DNA of 64,000 nt, from assembly GCA_964547135.1 (NCBI GenBank), contig CAZJMK010000011.1, positions 2,881 through 66,880 on the forward strand. Reading direction: 5' to 3'. The DNA comes from an uncultured Phycisphaeraceae bacterium (GTDB taxonomy: Bacteria > Planctomycetota > Phycisphaerae > Phycisphaerales > Phycisphaeraceae). The notes beneath the pieces were generated by a model. That model made no database searches. It was given only the letters and a program-made list of their open reading frames with translations, and was not told where the DNA came from. The translations under genes were made by a program, and so were the position numbers. This document shows, one piece after another, positions 38,381-48,564 of this stretch; within the stretch, counting starts at the first letter, position 1; the number at the start of each line of letters is the position of its first letter.

Positions 38381-40411
38381 TTACATCAACCCTTCCTGAG
38401 TCAGGGTTTGTTTGATCGCCAACTCGGCCAGTTGCAACGTCGCGTGGTCCAGTTCGTGCAACGCCTTTTGAAACACATCCGGGTGTGCGGAGGCATCGTC
38501 GGCCAGTTGTTGCACACGGGCGATGTGTTGATCGATGACCAGTCGCTGCTGGGCGGGCAATTGGGCACCGACGCGCTCCAGTTGCCGGGTGATATTGCGA
38601 ATGTCCAACCGTGCCTGATTGCGCAAATCAATACGACGATGGGCGAGCATGTCATCACGGGCATGTTGCAGGCTCGCGGCTTCGATGCGTGCCACTTCGT
38701 CGCGTGAAAGTCCGTGATGGGGCACGACCTGAATGCCCGCAGCCTTGCCGCTGCGCTGTTCGATGGCGGACACATTCAATATCCCGCTGGCATCGACCAA
38801 AAACGTCACCTCGATTTTGGGCAGGCCCGCAGGCATCGGCGGAATGCCGCGCAACTCAAACTGCCCCAGTGATCGACAATCTTTCACCAGCTCGCGTTCG
38901 CCCTGCAGCACGTGAATTTTCACCGTGGTCTGACCATCGACATAGGTGGTGAATTTTTCCGTGGCCCGGGCGGGAATGGTGCTGTTGGCCACGATCACCT
39001 TGGCCACCGCCCCGCCCATGGTTTCAATGCCCAGTGACAGCGGTATCACATCCAGCAGCAGCATGTCACGCTGCACCCCGGCCAATATCGCCCCCTGCAC
39101 CGCTGCCCCCAGTGCGACCACTTCATCAGGGTTGAGTGCGGTGTAAGGTTCGCTGCCGAAGGATGCACGGACCTGTTGGCGTACCAGGGGGATGCGGGTT
39201 GATCCGCCGACCATGATGACTTTTTCGATATCGGTGGTGGCAAGTTTGGCGGCTTGCAAAGCACGGCGACAACACGAAAGCGCCCTTTCCAACCAGGGCT
39301 GCATCATGGTTTCGAGTTCGCTGCGGGTGAGTGTGCGTCGATACACCCGGTCCGCACCCAGTTGAATTTCGATGGTTGCGCTTTCACTGTCGGACAATTT
39401 GATTTTCGTGGCCTCGGCGAAGTTGCGCAGGGCCTGCAACGTGGCGGGCGGAAATTGCAATGATTGGCCGAACTGCTGACGAATTTCGCTTTGCACCAGT
39501 TCGATGATCATGCGATCGACATCATCACCGCCCAAGTGCGTGTCGCCGGCGGTGCCCAGCACCTGATCAACCACGCCTGATTCGGTGGCTTGCAACCGTA
39601 ATATTGAAAAGTCAAAGGTGCCGCCGCCCAGGTCGAACACCGCCACGATCGTGTCGTGGTGAGGCGATGAGTCATTGGTGCTTGCGTCGCGTTGTTGCTC
39701 GGCTGGTGCTGGTGAGCCGGCACCCACCATCGGCAGCAACCCGCCTTTGTGTTCACCGGAAGGGCAACCCGGCATCAATGCGGTTGATGCTGAGGTTGAA
39801 ACGATGCCCTGCTGCCGAGTCGGGCGCAAACCCAAGTTGTACGCCAATGCCGCAGCAGTCGGTTCATTGACCATGCGTACCACTTCCAGCCCGGCAATAC
39901 GACCGGCATCGCGCGTGGCCTGACGCTGGGCGTCGTCAAAATAGGCAGGTACGGTGATCACCGCCTTGCGCACCGGCTGACCAAAATGTGCCTCGGCCCG
40001 ACGGCTCAGTTCCTGCAAAATCATCGCGCTGATTTCAGGGGGCGAAATCAATCGATCACCGATGCGTACCCTTGCCGTGTCGTTTTCGCCGGCCTGGACT
40101 TTGTAAGGCAAATGCGGCAATTCATCGGCTGCATCCGACAAGCCCCGACCCATCAACCGTTTGATCGAATACACCGTGTTGGTCGGGTGTTCGACGGCAT
40201 GTTCGCGCGCTTCAAACCCTAACGCCTGGGGTGAACCATCGACCTGTGACAAGCGCACCACACTGGGTAACAGGTGTCGGCCCTGGTCATCGGCGATGCA
40301 GCGCGGGCCGGTGTGATCGCAGTAAGCCACGAGGCTGTTGGTCGTGCCCAGATCAATACCGATGATGATCGGTTTGGGTGTTGGTTCGCTGGAGCTATCA
40401 TGAGTGGTCAT
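38381..40411 (-). CDS. Hsp70-family chaperone (DnaK/HscA-like paralog) with a ~70-aa low-complexity insertion
   Basis: IGIDLGTTNSLVA, DLGGGTFDFSIL and VIMVGGSTRIP motifs. Insertion around residues 220-290. Confidence 0.8.
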   Translation of the reverse strand: MTTHDSSSEPTPKPIIIGIDLGTTNSLVAYCDHTGPRCIADDQGRHLLPSVVRLSQVDGSPQALGFEAREHAVEHPTNTVYSIKRLMGRGLSDAADELPHLPYKVQAGENDTARVRIGDRLISPPEISAMILQELSRRAEAHFGQPVRKAVITVPAYFDDAQRQATRDAGRIAGLEVVRMVNEPTAAALAYNLGLRPTRQQGIVSTSASTALMPGCPSGEHKGGLLPMVGAGSPAPAEQQRDASTNDSSPHHDTIVAVFDLGGGTFDFSILRLQATESGVVDQVLGTAGDTHLGGDDVDRMIIELVQSEIRQQFGQSLQFPPATLQALRNFAEATKIKLSDSESATIEIQLGADRVYRRTLTRSELETMMQPWLERALSCCRRALQAAKLATTDIEKVIMVGGSTRIPLVRQQVRASFGSEPYTALNPDEVVALGAAVQGAILAGVQRDMLLLDVIPLSLGIETMGGAVAKVIVANSTIPARATEKFTTYVDGQTTVKIHVLQGERELVKDCRSLGQFELRGIPPMPAGLPKIEVTFLVDASGILNVSAIEQRSGKAAGIQVVPHHGLSRDEVARIEAASLQHARDDMLAHRRIDLRNQARLDIRNITRQLERVGAQLPAQQRLVIDQHIARVQQLADDASAHPDVFQKALHELDHATLQLAELAIKQTLTQEGLM

Positions 40412-40534
40412 GCCGTAGTGTAGAACCAAGCTCGCTCCATGTGTACCACCGCAAACGATCAGCCGTTCACGCAAACGTAATGCTCAAAATGAGTCAGGCG
40501 ACCAATGCACCACCACGGTACTGAGAAAATCTTG

Positions 40535-41323
40535 ATGAGTATGAACGCGATGCAACCCGATCAAGGATTGAATGCGCCATCGCCCGCCAATGGCCCGTTG
40601 CTGGAAGCAAGGCATTTGTGGCGCATTTTGGGACAGGGTGAAACCGCAACACCGATTTTGCGCGGCGTGAACCTGCGCATTGAAAAACGCACCTATGTTT
40701 CCATCGTCGGGGCATCGGGTTCGGGGAAAAGCACGTTGTTGTATTTGCTGGGCGGATTGGATCGTCCGAGCATGAATGATGAAGAAGGTCAGCCTTATGA
40801 CCCGGCTTCGAAGGTGCTGATTGACGGGTTGGACACGACGCAATTGTCGGATCGTGAATTAGCGCTGTTGCGTAATCGCAAAATCGGGTTTGTGTTTCAG
40901 TTTCACTATCTGCTCAAGGAATTCACCGCGCAGGAAAACGTGGCGCTGCCGATGTTCAAGCTCGACGAGTTGAGCCGATCGCAGGCTTTGGACCGGGCGG
41001 CGATGTTGCTGGACAAACTGGGTTTGGGGAACAAGGTGCGTCGTCGTGCCAATCGTTTGTCGGGCGGGGAGCAGCAGCGTGTGGCCATTGCCCGGGCGCT
41101 GGCCAATGAGCCGGCGGTGATACTGGCGGATGAACCGACGGGCAACCTCGATCGGCACAACGGCGAACGGGTGGCAGCGATTTTCGATGAACTGGCGGCT
41201 GGGGGGCAAAGCATCGTCATGGTGACGCATGATCAGGCTTTGGCACATCGCGCGGGGCGGATGGTGACGATGGAAGATGGTCGGGTACAGAGCGATCAGT
41301 TGGATCCAAGTGCGCCCAAATAA
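40535..41323 (+). CDS. ABC transporter ATP-binding protein (LolD/MacB-type), no adjacent permease
   Basis: Walker [11 protein letters not shown], signature [15 protein letters not shown], Walker [12 protein letters not shown]. Confidence 0.85.
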   Translation: MSMNAMQPDQGLNAPSPANGPLLEARHLWRILGQGETATPILRGVNLRIEKRTYVSIVGASGSGKSTLLYLLGGLDRPSMNDEEGQPYDPASKVLIDGLDTTQLSDRELALLRNRKIGFVFQFHYLLKEFTAQENVALPMFKLDELSRSQALDRAAMLLDKLGLGNKVRRRANRLSGGEQQRVAIARALANEPAVILADEPTGNLDRHNGERVAAIFDELAAGGQSIVMVTHDQALAHRAGRMVTMEDGRVQSDQLDPSAPK

Positions 41324-41327
41324 TGAA

Positions 41328-41449
41328 CCACAGAGGCACAGAGACACAGAGTCAAAAAAAGGGGCTGGGGGCTGGTAGCTGGGTGCTTGGAAATACTGCC
41401 ACCATCGTCGATTCTGCCCAGCACTCAGCCACTAGTACCCAGCCCCCGG
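41328..41449. repeat. gene-less MITE-like element (same family)
   Basis: ggggctgggggctggtagctgggtgcttgg ... ctgcccagcactcagccactagtacccagcccccgg. Confidence 0.7.
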
Positions 41450-41504
41450 ACCTTGATGATGTTGAAGGACTTTCCCGAATGACCTTGAAAAAAGGGACCA
41501 AATC

Positions 41505-42518
41505 ATGAAACGAGCATGGGTGACGGTGTATGTGTTGGGTTGGATGGTGTTGGCGACGGGTTGTGGGCCGACGACGTTTGTGGTGGGGGTTTCGCCGGGG
41601 GACCAGCGCTTGCAGGCGACGCGCGTGGTTGAAGGTTCGGGCTGGTCACCACAGCGCGTGGCGATGATCGATGTCACTGGGCTGCTCGTGAGTGTGAATC
41701 GAACGGGGCTTTTGTCGCAGGGTGACAACCCGCTGAGTGACCTGTCGGAAAAACTCGAAGCTGCTGCCAACGATCGACGGGTGCGTGCGGTGATTTTGCG
41801 GATCAACAGTCCCGGCGGCACGGTCACCGCCAGCGATGCGATGTACCGCGAAGTGATGCGTTTCAAAAAGGAGACGCACAAGCCGGTGGTGGTGCTGATG
41901 ATGGATGTGGCTGCCAGCGGGGGGTATTACGTGGCTTGTGCGGGCGATCACCTGATGGCCTACCCCACCAGCATCACCGGGTCCATCGGTGTGATTGCGC
42001 AAACCGTTTCGTTTAAAGCCGGGCTGGACATGATCGGCATACGCAGTGAATCGTTCACCTCCGGCCCCAACAAGGACGCCGGCTCACCGCTGGCGCAAAT
42101 GTCGGATTCGCATCGTGAAGTTTTTCGCGGCATGATCGATGATTTTTACGGTCGCTTCGTCGGCATCGTGAAACAACATCGCAGCAAACTCACGGAGGAA
42201 CAGTTGACCTGGGCCACGGATGGTCGCATTGTCACGGGGACGCAGGCGCTGGAAGTCGGGTTGATTGACGAACTGGGCGACCTGCGCAGCGCGTTTGCAG
42301 CAGCACAACAACGGGCGGGTATCAACGATGCGGAATTGATTGTTTATCATCGACCGCTGCGATACATGGGTTCCCCTTACGCCACGGCCAAAACCAGCGA
42401 AAATGGGAATCAAATTTCGTCGGGGGTGACGGTGAATCTGGCACAGATCAACCTGCCTGAACTTTTGAGCGGGGGACCGACGGGTTTCTATTACCTGTGG
42501 GACAGCAGTAACCGATAA
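41505..42518 (+). CDS. sppA: signal peptide peptidase SppA (S49, 36K type)
   Basis: INSPGGTVTASD and MDVAASGGYYVA motifs. Confidence 0.8.
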   Translation: MKRAWVTVYVLGWMVLATGCGPTTFVVGVSPGDQRLQATRVVEGSGWSPQRVAMIDVTGLLVSVNRTGLLSQGDNPLSDLSEKLEAAANDRRVRAVILRINSPGGTVTASDAMYREVMRFKKETHKPVVVLMMDVAASGGYYVACAGDHLMAYPTSITGSIGVIAQTVSFKAGLDMIGIRSESFTSGPNKDAGSPLAQMSDSHREVFRGMIDDFYGRFVGIVKQHRSKLTEEQLTWATDGRIVTGTQALEVGLIDELGDLRSAFAAAQQRAGINDAELIVYHRPLRYMGSPYATAKTSENGNQISSGVTVNLAQINLPELLSGGPTGFYYLWDSSNR

Positions 42519-42557
42519 TGTTGATATTCCCGTTACGGCTGTTTAGGGGAGAAGGCA

Positions 42558-43289
42558 TTGCCAAAGAAAAGAAAATATCAAGCTGCTGCCACGTTGCATG
42601 GCATGTCGCTGTCGTCGTTGTTGCAGGACCAGGAAGCGGAGTCGGAAAAACCGGCACTGCCGAAGGTGGAACTGCGCGATAAGGATGAGTTGTTGCCGAC
42701 GCAGGACGAGCCGCGTGGGTTGCTGATGAAGTGTCCGTCGTGCGGCAGGCGGATGGAACTGGACGTCGGCTTTGCGGGCAGTGTGTGTCGCTGCAATCAT
42801 TGCAAGGCTTTGGTGACGGTGCCGGGCGAATTGCCAAGCGGTGGTGAAAAGACGGTGCAACGGAACGATCGACCGGACGCCCCCGCTGCGATGACAGGTA
42901 AAAACCAGACGAGTAAAAGCGATGCGTCAAAAGCATCGCTGTTGGAAAAGTTAAGTGCGTTGGAAAAAGAGAAGGACGATGATGATGAGTTACGTATTCC
43001 GTTGCCGGAATCGATGCAGTCGAGTGAACCGGTGAAGGCGACCAGGCAGGCGGACGACCCGTTCAGTGCATTTCTGACGACACCCACCCCGACCACGACA
43101 CCGACAGTAACAACCTCGGCTGCCCCGACCGCATCAGCCCCCACGATGTCGATGATCAAGCAAGCGGTAAAACTTTCAGACGGTTCGGTGAGCAAACTCA
43201 GCGTCGGTCAACTTTGGTTGATCATGGGCGTGGCGGTGGCGGCGGGATTGTTGTTTGCGCTGGTGGTGGTGGAAGTGTTGTTGGGGTGA
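42558..43289 (+). CDS. zinc-ribbon protein with C-terminal transmembrane anchor
   Basis: CPSCGRR...CRCNHC four-Cys ribbon. Acidic/Thr-Pro linker. C-terminal TM LWLIMGVAVAAGLLFALVVV. Confidence 0.45.
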   Translation: MPKKRKYQAAATLHGMSLSSLLQDQEAESEKPALPKVELRDKDELLPTQDEPRGLLMKCPSCGRRMELDVGFAGSVCRCNHCKALVTVPGELPSGGEKTVQRNDRPDAPAAMTGKNQTSKSDASKASLLEKLSALEKEKDDDDELRIPLPESMQSSEPVKATRQADDPFSAFLTTPTPTTTPTVTTSAAPTASAPTMSMIKQAVKLSDGSVSKLSVGQLWLIMGVAVAAGLLFALVVVEVLLG

Positions 43290-43398
43290 TGAATATACAT
43301 TTCGGATTTCGAATTGAAAACAAGCCAAGGACGAGTGAACCTCGCCGTAGGCGAGTGAACGAGGACTTGGGTATGTTTGGTGATCGATTGAATCGTCA

Positions 43399-43607
43399 GT
43401 TAGCGCCGCGATTGATCGCGTCTGATCGGAGTAGTTACTCGGTGGGTCGGTTATTCGGTTGAAGAAGTGGCCGAGTGATTCTAAATGTTTAGCGCGGACG
43501 CTTTGCGTCGGCGTTCTGAGTTAGCTCCGAGATTGATCGCGTCTGATCGGAGTAGTTACTCGGTGAGTCGGTGGGTCGGTTATTCGGTTGAAGAAGTGGC
43601 CGAGTGA
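43399..43607. repeat. tandem duplication of an ~80-bp composite intergenic repeat
   Basis: gttagcgccgcgattgatcgcgtctgatcggagtagttactcggtgggtcggttattcggttgaagaagtggccgagtga occurs at 43399-43478 and again, slightly diverged, at 43520-43607. The two are separated by the gacgctttgcgtc hairpin. Confidence 0.9.
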
Positions 43608-44102
43608 CCGAGTGCAGTACCAAAAAGCCGTTAAAAAACTGTTTCATAACTGATTTGCGTGGGGCAGGTGTCCTTTGCTTGATTCTGAGCCGCGACCCCC
43701 GGGGGCGGTAGTGAGCGGTCGAAGAACCACGCGCTTCCGCTCGTGGCTCTGAGCAACACCAGTGTCCGCTCGTGGCTCCGAGTCCGGAAGGAGTTATGAA
43801 ACAGTTTCTAATCCCCACCTGTTTTGAACATGATCCATCACTTACAAACATCCGGCCCTGCCCCCGGTGGGCACGGCGTCAAAATCGCCTGTGTGCTTGT
43901 TATTCACCCAGCCGGGGGCGCCCCCGGCGGCTGGGCTACAATCAGGCACGATCAATCGCGGCGCTAATTTTCGAGTACTACTCCGGCACTTGACCACTTG
44001 GCCACTTGGCCACTCGACCACTTCAGCAATACCCCCTTGGCGCAGGCGCACAAGTGACTACGATTCATCAACCATCGCACCAGCCAACAAGGGGACCATG
44101 CG

Positions 44103-45344
44103 TTGAAGACGATTGAGCAGCCAGCCGGGAACAAGCCTGCACCTGAACGTGCGCCGATCTGGGGGACGCAACCGGTGATGAACCCCGCCCAGTGGGTGCC
44201 TGCCGAGGTGCATAAAACCCCGCCCTCGGTCATGAAAATGAGTCTGCCCAAACGCATCCGTGAACTGGTGCGTCGTCACGGCTCACCACTGCTGGTGATC
44301 GACAAAAACAAGCTCATCGAGGAATACAAACAGTTTCGCAGACTGTTGCCGAGGGTGCGCTTGTTTTACGCCATCAAGGCCAACCCGCACCCGGACATCA
44401 TCAAAACCTTCCGCGATCTGGGCGGCTGCTACGACTGCGCCAGCGAAGGCGAAATGCGCCATGTGCTGATGCAGGGCGTCGAACCTTCACGCATCATTTT
44501 CGCCAACACGGTCAAACGCCCCGAAGCCCTCGAATTCGCCCGCAAGTCGAAAATCGAGCTGATGACCTTCGACAACGAACCTGAACTTTACAAAATCGCC
44601 AAGCACGCCCCCGGTTCGAAAGTTTTGGCGCGATTGAAAGTCGCCAACATCGGGTCGCAGGTCGAACTGTCGCTCAAGTTCGGCTCCGATGCCGACCTGA
44701 TCGTGCCCATGCTGGTCAAGGCCAAGCAACTGGGTTTGCGTCCCGAAGGCGTGTCGTTTCACGTCGGCAGCCAGTGCACCAATTACGAAAATTATCATCG
44801 CGCGTTTGAAGTGGTCGCCAACATTGTCGATGAGGCACGCAGCCGGGGGCTTGAACTCAAAATGATCGACATCGGCGGCGGCTTTCCGATCAAACATTTC
44901 AAAACCGACACCATCGACATCGAAGCCTTCGGTCGGCAGATGCGCCGCGAACTCGATCGCCTGTTCCCCAAACCCATCGACCTGATCGCTGAACCGGGAC
45001 GTGCCCTGTGCGGGCCGGCGGGCATGCTCATCTGTCGCGTGGTCGGGCGCAGCATCCGTAACAACAAAAACTACTACTACCTCGACGACGGGGTTTACGG
45101 CGACTTTTCCGGCATCGTGTTCGATCACGCCAAGTACGAATTACGCACCCTGGTGAAAACGCAGAAGTTTTTGTCGATCGTGGCCGGGCCGACGTGTGAT
45201 TCGTTCGACACGATTTCCCTGTCGGAGGAACTGCCCGAACTGGATGTGGGCAGCATTGTGTATGTGCCCAACATCGGGGCCTATTCGTGTGCCTCGGCCC
45301 TGATGTTCAACGGCATCCCCCCGGCCAAGGTGATCGTGGTTTGA
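44103..45344 (+). CDS. PLP-dependent ornithine/lysine/arginine decarboxylase (fold-III, ODC/DapDC family)
   Basis: FYAIKANPHPDII (Schiff-base Lys region) and FHVGSQ motif. The start may be the internal M at about 44229. Confidence 0.8.
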   Translation: MKTIEQPAGNKPAPERAPIWGTQPVMNPAQWVPAEVHKTPPSVMKMSLPKRIRELVRRHGSPLLVIDKNKLIEEYKQFRRLLPRVRLFYAIKANPHPDIIKTFRDLGGCYDCASEGEMRHVLMQGVEPSRIIFANTVKRPEALEFARKSKIELMTFDNEPELYKIAKHAPGSKVLARLKVANIGSQVELSLKFGSDADLIVPMLVKAKQLGLRPEGVSFHVGSQCTNYENYHRAFEVVANIVDEARSRGLELKMIDIGGGFPIKHFKTDTIDIEAFGRQMRRELDRLFPKPIDLIAEPGRALCGPAGMLICRVVGRSIRNNKNYYYLDDGVYGDFSGIVFDHAKYELRTLVKTQKFLSIVAGPTCDSFDTISLSEELPELDVGSIVYVPNIGAYSCASALMFNGIPPAKVIVV

Positions 45345-45412
45345 ACATCATCCATTATCCTTTATCCATCATCCATCGTTCACCCAGCCGGGGGCGGCCG
45401 GGCTACACAGAA

Positions 45413-48187
45413 TCACGCCGCCACCTGATTGATCTGTTGCAACATCCACTCACCGGCACGGGTGGCGGGCATCGGCCTTGCCAGGTGATACCCCTGCACA
45501 CGGTCCGCCCGTAATTCGCGCACACGCTCATATTGCCTTGCGTTTTCGATGCCTTCGACCGTCGCGCGAATGCCCAGGTCGTGTGCCAGCGTGATGATCG
45601 CCCGCATGGTTGACGCATACTCGCTGCGCTCATCCATGTGTTGCACAAACGAGCGATCAATTTTCAATCCGTTGAGCGGAAACCGGTGCAGACACGACAG
45701 CGATGAAAACCCGGTGCCAAAGTCGTCCAACTCCAATTTCACCTGCATGCGTCGCAACTCTTCCAACGTGCCCAGCAGCCCGTGCGTGTTGTCCATCAAA
45801 CTGCTTTCGGTGATTTCCAGGTGCAAAACACGCGGGTCCAGTCCGGTTTGATCCAATACCTGGCGCAGTGTTTGAGGCAACTGGGCCTGCGGGTCGAGTT
45901 GTTTGCGTGACACATTCACATTGATCTGCAATGGCTCGGTGATTTGTGTCTGTTCCCGCCAATGCACCATCTGCTGTGCAGCTTCGCGCAACACCCATGC
46001 TCCGATCGGGCGGATCAACCCCGTTTCTTCCGCGATGGGAATGAACATGTCCGGGCTGATGCGTCCGCGCTGCGGGTGTTGCCAGCGCAACAGCGCTTCA
46101 AACCCCGCCGGCCTGCCGGTGCGCAGGTTGATCAGCGGTTGATATTCCAAATAAAGCTGCTGCCTTTCAATCGCTCTTCGCAGATCATTTTCTATCGACA
46201 GTCGATGACGAGCCTGCTGGTGCATGTTTTGATCAAACAACACACACCCCTGCACCGCGCTGTTGTGTTTGGCGCGATACATGGCCGTGTCCGCATCGCG
46301 GATCACTTCATCCGCCCGACGATAAGCTGAGTGACTGGTGGTGATGCCGATGGACACAGCCGTGTAAACCTCGTGACCGAGTATGAAATAAGGCTGCGCC
46401 AGCACCTCCTGTAAACGCTTGGCAACCCACACCGCTGCCTCGGCATCGCGCACGCCTTCGAGCAACACCAAAAACTCATCGCCCCCATGCCTGGCTGCCA
46501 ATCCCTTGATAAATCGGCCCTGGCCTGCGTCATGATTCAACCCATCCACCAAACGACGCGAAAGAGCAATCAGCAATTGGTCGCCGACGAGGTGACCCAG
46601 ACTGTCGTTGATGAGCTTGAAACGATCCGAGTCCAAAAACATCACCGCAAAATGAAAAGCCGGGTCCGCCTGGTGCCTTTGCAAGGCTGCTTCCACCTGT
46701 TGGCGAAACGCCTCCCGATTGGGTAGGTCGGTCAGTCGATCCGACAAGGCCATGTGACGCAGCGTATCCTCCGCCTGTCGCTTTTGCGTGATGTCGTCAA
46801 AGGTCAGAATCACATAGTGTAATTTGCCATGACGGTCGATCACCGGGTCGGCATTGACCGACAGCCAGACCTTGTCATGTCGTCCCGCCACCTTCACGCC
46901 GATGATCTGATCACGCAGCGAAGTCCCCAAGCGCACCACATGACTGACCGGGTACTCTTCCACCGCCAGTGCTCGGCTTTCACCATCGACCAATCCCCAA
47001 CTCACATCGGTGGCACGCTGACCGATCATCTGATCTTCACGGACATTGAGTATTTCGCAGGCGCGATGATTGCACAAAAACATCGTGCCGTCGGGCGTCG
47101 CTGCCACCACCCCGGCGTTGGTCTGCATCAAAATCGTCCGCAGCCGGGCTTCGCTTTCGCGCAGTGCCTGTGCCTCGCGCTGACGCTCCACCACGACCAC
47201 CGACAGCAACATGCTGGTGAGTGCGACCACGCCTAAAAACACCTGTAAGTTAAGCAATTGTTGATTCAACGGCTGATCGGCAAACGGCCCGATGTCATAA
47301 GCCGTGCTGACAATCGCGCCGGTCGCAATGAACAACGCCGTGAGCACCATCCAGCGTGGCCCAAGGCGCACCGCCACCCAGGCCATGAAGGGAAAAATCA
47401 GAAAATCGATCACCGGCCCGGGGTAGGCCAGCAGCACTGCGCCCAGTGCCCCGCCGACCAGTGACATCACGATCAACCGTCGCGTTGTCTGACCATCATT
47501 GGGCAGGGGCTGGTTCTGCCAGCGTGCAATGATGAACACCGCCGGCGTCACCAGCATCACCCCCACCCAATCCCCCGCCCACCAGGTCCACAAAGCAAAA
47601 ACCAGTTCGTTTTTGATATCCGGGAAAGTCAGCAACAGGGCCGTCATACCGATGCCCGCACTGACCGCACAGCCGACCGCAGCCGTGATCGTCAGCCCCA
47701 GCGCATCGCGCACCCGATGCAGCATCTGATCCGGGTCGAACCACTTGCGATACAGCGCCGCCATCAGCAGCGTGCCGAGGCTCGAACCGCTGGCCGTCAA
47801 CCACGCCGGCCCCCAAGGCAACCCCACCACCAGGTTGCCCAGCGCCGCACCGATCAACAACCCCGGCCAAAGGTGCAGTCCGCCCAACAATAAAAACGCC
47901 ATTGCCACGCCTGCCGGCGCCCACACCGGTGACACACTGCCATTAACCGTCCCCAGCAATAAACAGGGTTGTGCCGTGATGAAATACCCTGCCGCCAGGG
48001 CTGACATCAGCAGCAGACTACGACCGGTGGGTCGGGGTAGTAATGCGTGAAATATCGTCAACAGTGGGCCGTGAAATCGACTCAGCTTGATACGCGGATC
48101 ATGCCATGATGCGGTTGATTCGGTCCGCAGCGATTCCATGGCCGCCGGGGGTGCGGTGTCGGGGGTCGCAGCCGTGTTGTTGGACAT
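45413..48187 (-). CDS. membrane-bound sensory diguanylate cyclase/phosphodiesterase (MASE-like TM domain - PAS - GGDEF - EAL)
   Basis: GGDEF (RHGGDEF) and EAL (EALLRW, DDFGTGFSSL) domains. N-terminal polytopic region. Confidence 0.85.
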   Translation of the reverse strand: MSNNTAATPDTAPPAAMESLRTESTASWHDPRIKLSRFHGPLLTIFHALLPRPTGRSLLLMSALAAGYFITAQPCLLLGTVNGSVSPVWAPAGVAMAFLLLGGLHLWPGLLIGAALGNLVVGLPWGPAWLTASGSSLGTLLMAALYRKWFDPDQMLHRVRDALGLTITAAVGCAVSAGIGMTALLLTFPDIKNELVFALWTWWAGDWVGVMLVTPAVFIIARWQNQPLPNDGQTTRRLIVMSLVGGALGAVLLAYPGPVIDFLIFPFMAWVAVRLGPRWMVLTALFIATGAIVSTAYDIGPFADQPLNQQLLNLQVFLGVVALTSMLLSVVVVERQREAQALRESEARLRTILMQTNAGVVAATPDGTMFLCNHRACEILNVREDQMIGQRATDVSWGLVDGESRALAVEEYPVSHVVRLGTSLRDQIIGVKVAGRHDKVWLSVNADPVIDRHGKLHYVILTFDDITQKRQAEDTLRHMALSDRLTDLPNREAFRQQVEAALQRHQADPAFHFAVMFLDSDRFKLINDSLGHLVGDQLLIALSRRLVDGLNHDAGQGRFIKGLAARHGGDEFLVLLEGVRDAEAAVWVAKRLQEVLAQPYFILGHEVYTAVSIGITTSHSAYRRADEVIRDADTAMYRAKHNSAVQGCVLFDQNMHQQARHRLSIENDLRRAIERQQLYLEYQPLINLRTGRPAGFEALLRWQHPQRGRISPDMFIPIAEETGLIRPIGAWVLREAAQQMVHWREQTQITEPLQINVNVSRKQLDPQAQLPQTLRQVLDQTGLDPRVLHLEITESSLMDNTHGLLGTLEELRRMQVKLELDDFGTGFSSLSCLHRFPLNGLKIDRSFVQHMDERSEYASTMRAIITLAHDLGIRATVEGIENARQYERVRELRADRVQGYHLARPMPATRAGEWMLQQINQVAA

Positions 48188-48564
48188 TGTCGCTGGCAAT
48201 ACACGCCTCACTTCAACATAGCCGTACCCCACACCCTTGAACAACGCTGGTTCCGGGTGTGGTCCCTACAGGTATGGGTCGGTTGCCTAGTTGCGGCAAA
48301 TCACGTGAAAACCGTTACCGCTGGTGCGATGTCAACCTTGCGGGTTGTCGCAGTCGTTGCAATCGGCACAGCAGGTTTATATGGACGCAGATTGGAGGAA
48401 GTGGCCGAGTGATGACGTAGGGTGGGTCAAGCGAGTCCGCGAGCGGACCCACCAATGACGTGATGGATGATGGATAATGGTTAATGGATAATGTTCGAAC
48501 ACAGAGTTGATGGACGTAAACCTGCTCTGAACATAATCCATCATCCTTTATCCATGATCCATCA

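Noticed and set aside
45345-48560. GGDEF-EAL gene as a composite transposon flanked by ATCCATTATCC repeats
   Set aside because: The flanking copies are short (~30 bp) intergenic repeat modules also present at 21955. There is no transposase, and the gene has host-typical composition.
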